This document shows positions 59,341-64,000 of a stretch of DNA of 64,000 nt, piece after piece. The DNA comes from Nemertoderma westbladi (Eukaryota > Animalia > Xenacoelomorpha): positions 20,604 to 84,603 of the forward strand of contig JAUCBJ010002425.1 of assembly GCA_032718475.1 (NCBI GenBank). Reading direction: 5' to 3'. Under the pieces are notes generated by a model. That model saw only the letters and a list, made by a program, of their open reading frames with translations, was not told the origin of the DNA and did not search any database. Every line of letters starts with the position of its first letter. Position 1 is the first letter of the stretch. A program made the translations under genes and the position numbers.

Positions 59341-60741
59341 TTACGTATCCCCGTAATCATAGTCAGCGTAATAAGCAATTGGGCTTCCCTCTTTTTCGTA
59401 ATCCGCCTTCATAGCTTCCATAATGTCTGAACTGTGTTTCGGTTCATTGTAGAACTTCATCATTACATTAATATTAGTCGCGCAAACAAACGTAACAGTT
59501 ACAATTATCAAAGTAATCTCAAAGTATAATAGCGCCTTATAATAAGTGCTTATTTTCCTAGCCGTTAATATGTTTGTGAGTAATCTGGAAACCAGATTGT
59601 GTTTGTCATGAATTGACTTGACCGCTGGACCCCCATTTACAGTCTCCAAGGGGATTCCCTCTGTCTCATTAGATGACGATCTCCGAGATTTATCTATATT
59701 AGACTTGTCAAAATTGTTAATGACCTTGTAACATGTTTGGAAAAATACGCATGCTATCACAATCAATAAAGTGACCACAACATTCAGGTGGTATAATTGG
59801 CTGAGCAATGGTTTTGGTTTGCCTGTTGGGGGTAGGTACCTCTCCACCATGACAAGGTTCAATAGTTGTGCGAAAAATAAACCCGATACCAAACCAATTC
59901 TGTCTCCTTGGTCGTGGGGCAGGACGAGTACTAAAGGAATGATCGCACTGATTACAATAGACGGGAAAATAAGCACTTGGAAGTAGAAAGAAGGACTTCT
60001 GTAAAAGCTGATCAAATAAATTAAAGTGGTAAAGGGCTTTCCGGCGGTTGATTCCCGCATGTTATATACGGAATGGTTCGTTGTTGCAGCGCTTTTATCC
60101 CAGATCCATTCGTTGGATGCGAAGCTGACATCCCTCATGATGACTCCCATATGGTTGGACCAGCGCAGGGACAATTTAGTTTCATCATATATCCATGAAG
60201 TGAATTTGAAAACGGCAATTTGCACGTCGTAAGGAAAATAAGTGGCATTAAAATCTTGAGAAACAGTCATCTTGAAACGTCGAATGCGTTCCACCGTACC
60301 ATTTGATAATAGTGTAACGTAGTCTATAGAATCGGAAGCTGACATTTCAACCAGGTTCATGATTGCTACTTTCGGTTTCCATATTTGGCTTAGAGGGACA
60401 CTGAGTTGCGAAATTCCATAGTAATCTTCTGGGTTCCATTCAAGTAAAACGTCATGCCAGGTTATCACTTCCCAAGCAGAAAATGTTATTGATGGTTGAA
60501 CGATATTGATATCTATGATACTTGTTAGTTGGAAGGCGACATTAACTTCAATTATATCGGACTGTTTATAGACAGGTCTATAATCAGAAACATAATGATC
60601 GAATATATCATGTTTTAGCTTTGTAATTTTTGATTGTAAATTGTTTTTAGGAGTTGTTTTTAAGTTTCCACTTTTGACAAGTACACCGAGAATTAGTGCC
60701 GCGTATATTATTAACCGTTTGAGCGAGAATCCGGTAATCAT
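59341..60741 (-). CDS. Pentameric ligand-gated ion channel subunit (nAChR/5-HT3-like), Cys-less 'Pro-loop' type, intronless
   Basis: Signal peptide, Y..DYRPV, W.D..LEWNPEDYYGI, IWKPKV, FPYDVQ, R.P.FY pre-M1, four hydrophobic segments, GDRIGL before M2, YLPP M2-M3 loop. First ATG at 60741. Confidence 0.9.
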   Translation of the reverse strand: MITGFSLKRLIIYAALILGVLVKSGNLKTTPKNNLQSKITKLKHDIFDHYVSDYRPVYKQSDIIEVNVAFQLTSIIDINIVQPSITFSAWEVITWHDVLLEWNPEDYYGISQLSVPLSQIWKPKVAIMNLVEMSASDSIDYVTLLSNGTVERIRRFKMTVSQDFNATYFPYDVQIAVFKFTSWIYDETKLSLRWSNHMGVIMRDVSFASNEWIWDKSAATTNHSVYNMRESTAGKPFTTLIYLISFYRSPSFYFQVLIFPSIVISAIIPLVLVLPHDQGDRIGLVSGLFFAQLLNLVMVERYLPPTGKPKPLLSQLYHLNVVVTLLIVIACVFFQTCYKVINNFDKSNIDKSRRSSSNETEGIPLETVNGGPAVKSIHDKHNLVSRLLTNILTARKISTYYKALLYFEITLIIVTVTFVCATNINVMMKFYNEPKHSSDIMEAMKADYEKEGSPIAYYADYDYGDT

Positions 60742-61741
60742 GATATTAATCGGTATCAACGTTTATTTATATTGGAGTATCTGGATTCAGCCTATTACTG
60801 TGTTTTATTCTTGTATTTTAATTATTTATCTTCCAAAGTTCTAAACTACAGTTTAAAGTAGACCTAGTACTTTTCTAAAATGTATGAATTCAATTGAGAT
60901 CTGACTTAAAAAGTGAAATCTGACCTATATTTATGTTGGCCCACTGTTATTTTCGGCAACAGTATACCTTATGTAACCCTAAGAGATTGATAAAGTATAA
61001 TATAGGTAGTTTTCATTTTCAAGTAATTGATATTATTTTATCAAGTTTCCTGAAGTTTGCGATCGGCCATGTAAATCCCTAATTCATTTGCATTATCAAG
61101 ACTACAAGACTAGTGACTTTTAGCCGACGCTTCAAGAATGGTTGACCAGACCACCATGTCTCCTTTCGCCGTTAAATCTCATCCGTAGCGCCTGCAGGGC
61201 CGTGCTGGCTTTTGATAATTTTGGTTACCACTGCAATTGCACGATGTCGTATTTGTTAACATTGTATCTTATGTGACCATGATCTATATCCAGTTGTGTT
61301 TATCAACAATGGATATGGTGTCATCTGGAGTGGGATCAAGGGCCTCGCTATTGCATCTACTGCTACAGTATAATCGGCCGTTTGCATTGCAGCTGCGGAT
61401 TGAGATGCTATGACGGTTTAACAACAAATTTGTGCTGCCACCATAAGAATGCTATGCCTGCTTATCGGCAAAATTACCCGCAACAACTCTATCCCCCATA
61501 ACTTTTGCGAGGTTATCTGCATATTAAAAGCCTGTGTCCGTTAAAAGATGTCTGAATAAATTATTGGGCTGCTAGTAACCAAATCAAGCTTATTCTCTCC
61601 ATGTGGTTGCCAAAGAATAAGATTGCGCACAGGCTGGTCATCACATCGAAAGCAATGTCTTTGAAACTGAGGTGGCACTGCTAAAGTGACACGACTCCTC
61701 TACAATGCTGTACAATGTTTGGTTATAGATGTGTCTATAGT

Positions 61742-62681
61742 AGGCCTACTTGGAAGTATCGGTATCGGGCCTACAGTACTTGGAAGTAGCGGTATCGGGC
61801 CTACAGTACTTGGAAGTATCGGTATCGGGTCTACAGTACTTGGAAGTATCGGTATCGGGCCTACGGTACTTGGAAGTATCACTATCGGGTCTACAGTACT
61901 TGGAAGTATCGGTATCGGGCCTACAGTACTTGGAAGTATCGGTATCGGGCCTACAGTACTTGGAAGTAGCGGTATCGGGCCTACAGTACTTGGAAGTAGC
62001 GGTATCGGGCCTACAGTACTTGGAAGTATCGGTAATGGGCCTACAGTACTTGGAAGTATCGGTATCGGGCCTACAGTACTTGGAAGTATCGGTATCGTGC
62101 CTACAGTACTTGGAAGTTTCGGTATCGGGCCTACAGTACTTGAAGAATCGGTATCGGGCATACAGTACTTGGAAGTATCGGTATCGGGCCTACAGTAATT
62201 GGAAGAATCAGTATCGGGCCTACAGTACTTGGAAGAATCGGTATCGGGCCTACAGTACTTGGAAGTAGCGGTATCGGGCCTACAGTACTTGGAAGTAGCG
62301 GTATCGGGCCTACAGTACTTGGAAGTATCGGTAATGGGCCTACAGTACTTGGAAGTATCGGTATCGGGCCTACAGTACTTGGAAGTAGCGGTATCGGGCC
62401 TACAGTACTTGAAAGTAGGGGTATCGGGCCTACAGTACTTGGAAGTATCGGTAATGGGCCTACAGTACTTGGAAGTAGGGGTATCGGGCCTACAGTACTT
62501 GGAAGTATCGGTAATGGGCCTACAGTACTTGGAAGTATCGGTATCGTGCCTACAGTACTTGGAAGTATCGGTATCGTGCCTACAGTACTTGGAAGTTTCG
62601 GTATCGGGCCTACAGTACTTGGAAGTAGCGGTATCGGGCCTACAGTACTTGGAAGTATCGGTATCGGGCCTACAGTACTTG
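61742..62681. repeat. 30-bp minisatellite (CTACAGTACTTGGAAGTATCGGTATCGGGC), ~31 copies
   Basis: Seen directly; one 1-bp deletion near 62142 shifts the register. Confidence 0.97.
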
Positions 62682-62744
62682 ACACAGTAAACCCGAAGTA
62701 GCATTATTGTGTATGTATCATCCAGAGATTTGGTGCCTTCAGCA

Positions 62745-63419
62745 TGCTCAAGCTCACCATTCTAGCTCAAGCTCACCATTCTAGCTCAAGCTCGCCATTC
62801 TAGCTCAAGCTCACCATTCTAGCTCAAGCTCACCATCCTAGATCAAGCTCACCATTCTAGCTCAAGCACACCATTCTAGCTCAAGCTCACCACCCTAGCT
62901 CAAGCTCACCATTCTAGCTCAAGCTCACCATTCTAGCTCAAGCTCACCATTCTAGCTCAAGCTCACCATCCTAGATCAAGCTCACCATTCTAGCTCAAGC
63001 ACACCATTCTAGCTCAAGCTCACCACCCTAGCTCAAGCTCACCATTCTAGCTCAAGCTCACCATTCTAGCTCAAGCTCACCATCCTAGCTCAATCTCACC
63101 ATTCTAGCTCAAGCTCACCATTATAGCTCAAGCTCACCATTCTAGCTCAAGCTCACCATTCTAGCTCAAGCTCACCATTCTAGCTCAAGCTCACCATTCT
63201 AGCTCAAGCTCACCATTCTAGCTCACCATTCTAGCTCAAGCTCACCACCCTAGCTCAAGCTCACCATTCTAGCTCAAGCTCACCATTCTAGCTCAAGCTC
63301 ACCATTCTAGCTCAAGCTCACCATTCTAGCTCAAGCTCACCATTCTAGCTCAAGCTCACCATTCTAGCTCAAGCTCACCATTCTAGCTCAAGCACACCAT
63401 TCTAGCTCAAGCACACCAT
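62745..63419. repeat. 19-bp minisatellite (CTAGCTCAAGCTCACCATT), ~35 copies
   Basis: Seen directly. Confidence 0.97.
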
Positions 63420-64000
63420 GCTTAGCTTATGCTCATACAATCCGACATTTCCAGAGGACTGTATAACTATAATTTTGGTCTTATTGGAGTTAACAAGAAT
63501 ACCAATACTAGAAGCAGTCTGTTCTAATGCGGTGCGGAGCCGTGCAAGGGCCGAGTCACGTTGTTCAGCTCATCAGCTCTACATTGGTGTGGAGCTGGAT
63601 CTCAGGTCTGTTTTGATTTTATAGTTCTGCTAGCGCAGAGACTAGGTTCTATCTTAACCACAATAAGACGATGATAACTGATGAAGGAGCAAAGCTGTAT
63701 TTCTTACGAAATGGATTAAATAATGTCAATTCATGACGATTACTAAAATAACATGAACAAAGTTTTTATTAACCAAACTTTACGTTAAAACAACAATTAT
63801 TATTAAACGTAACGTAATATTATAATAGATTGAATTGTGTATGTGTATAAAGTCTGGTGCAACGTTATATACTATTAGTGTTAATCTATTTATCTTTATT
63901 ATTCCCCTAAACTAAACTAAACTGTAATAAATACTAATTGATTTAATTAATTTTCTTCGATAATAGTAAATGTGCAGCTTGAATATATTACAATTATTAT

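Larger units (their letters stand above)
61500..63710 (-). pseudogene. Highly decayed RTE-like LINE copy hosting the 30-bp and 19-bp arrays
   Basis: Colinear nucleotide matches to 1480-2020 (CATGCTCAAGC, GCTTATGCTCAT, GAAGCAG.CTGTTCTAAT..GGAGCCGT, AACCACAAT) and to 31567-31700 (GACATTGCTTTCG..GACCAGCCTGTGC). Confidence 0.6.

Noticed and set aside
61686-62704. Long ORFs in five frames over the 30-bp array
   Set aside because: Artefact of a stop-poor 30-mer; open on both strands, frameshifted at ~62142, and embedded in a decayed LINE.
63676-63716. Hammerhead-like CTGATGA..GAAA (also 19279, 51468)
   Set aside because: No convincing stems I-III; 63676 lies in decayed LINE RT sequence.

Overview
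AT-rich invertebrate animal (eukaryotic) genomic DNA, not prokaryotic. Genes: an unknown basic 221-aa ORF (16-681), a 12-exon RFX4-like transcription factor on the minus strand (3576-9948), a sororin/CDCA5-like intronless gene, MED22 followed only 16 bp later by the TFIIIC B-box-binding subunit GTF3C1 (two exons, one 10.7-kb intron filled with nested transposons), a four-finger C2H2 protein with a PDE-like N-terminal helix motif, DPH3, EMC10 and an intronless pentameric ligand-gated ion channel lacking both Cys-loop cysteines. Intergenic DNA holds many non-autonomous DNA transposons with readable TIRs and TSDs (4, 5, 6, 8, 9 bp), decayed RTE-type LINEs, a tRNA-derived SINE and Helentron/HINE-like repeats. 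Several tandem arrays (63, 30, 20, 19, ~45, 315 bp) arose inside those elements. The most unusual signal is a set of minimal type I hammerhead ribozymes with a palindromic stem III: two are coupled to tRNA-type A/B-box Pol III promoters and enclosed by inverted repeats (22.4-22.9 kb, 39.1 kb), and one is free (14.2 kb). Family assignments rest on recalled motifs; no database searches were run.
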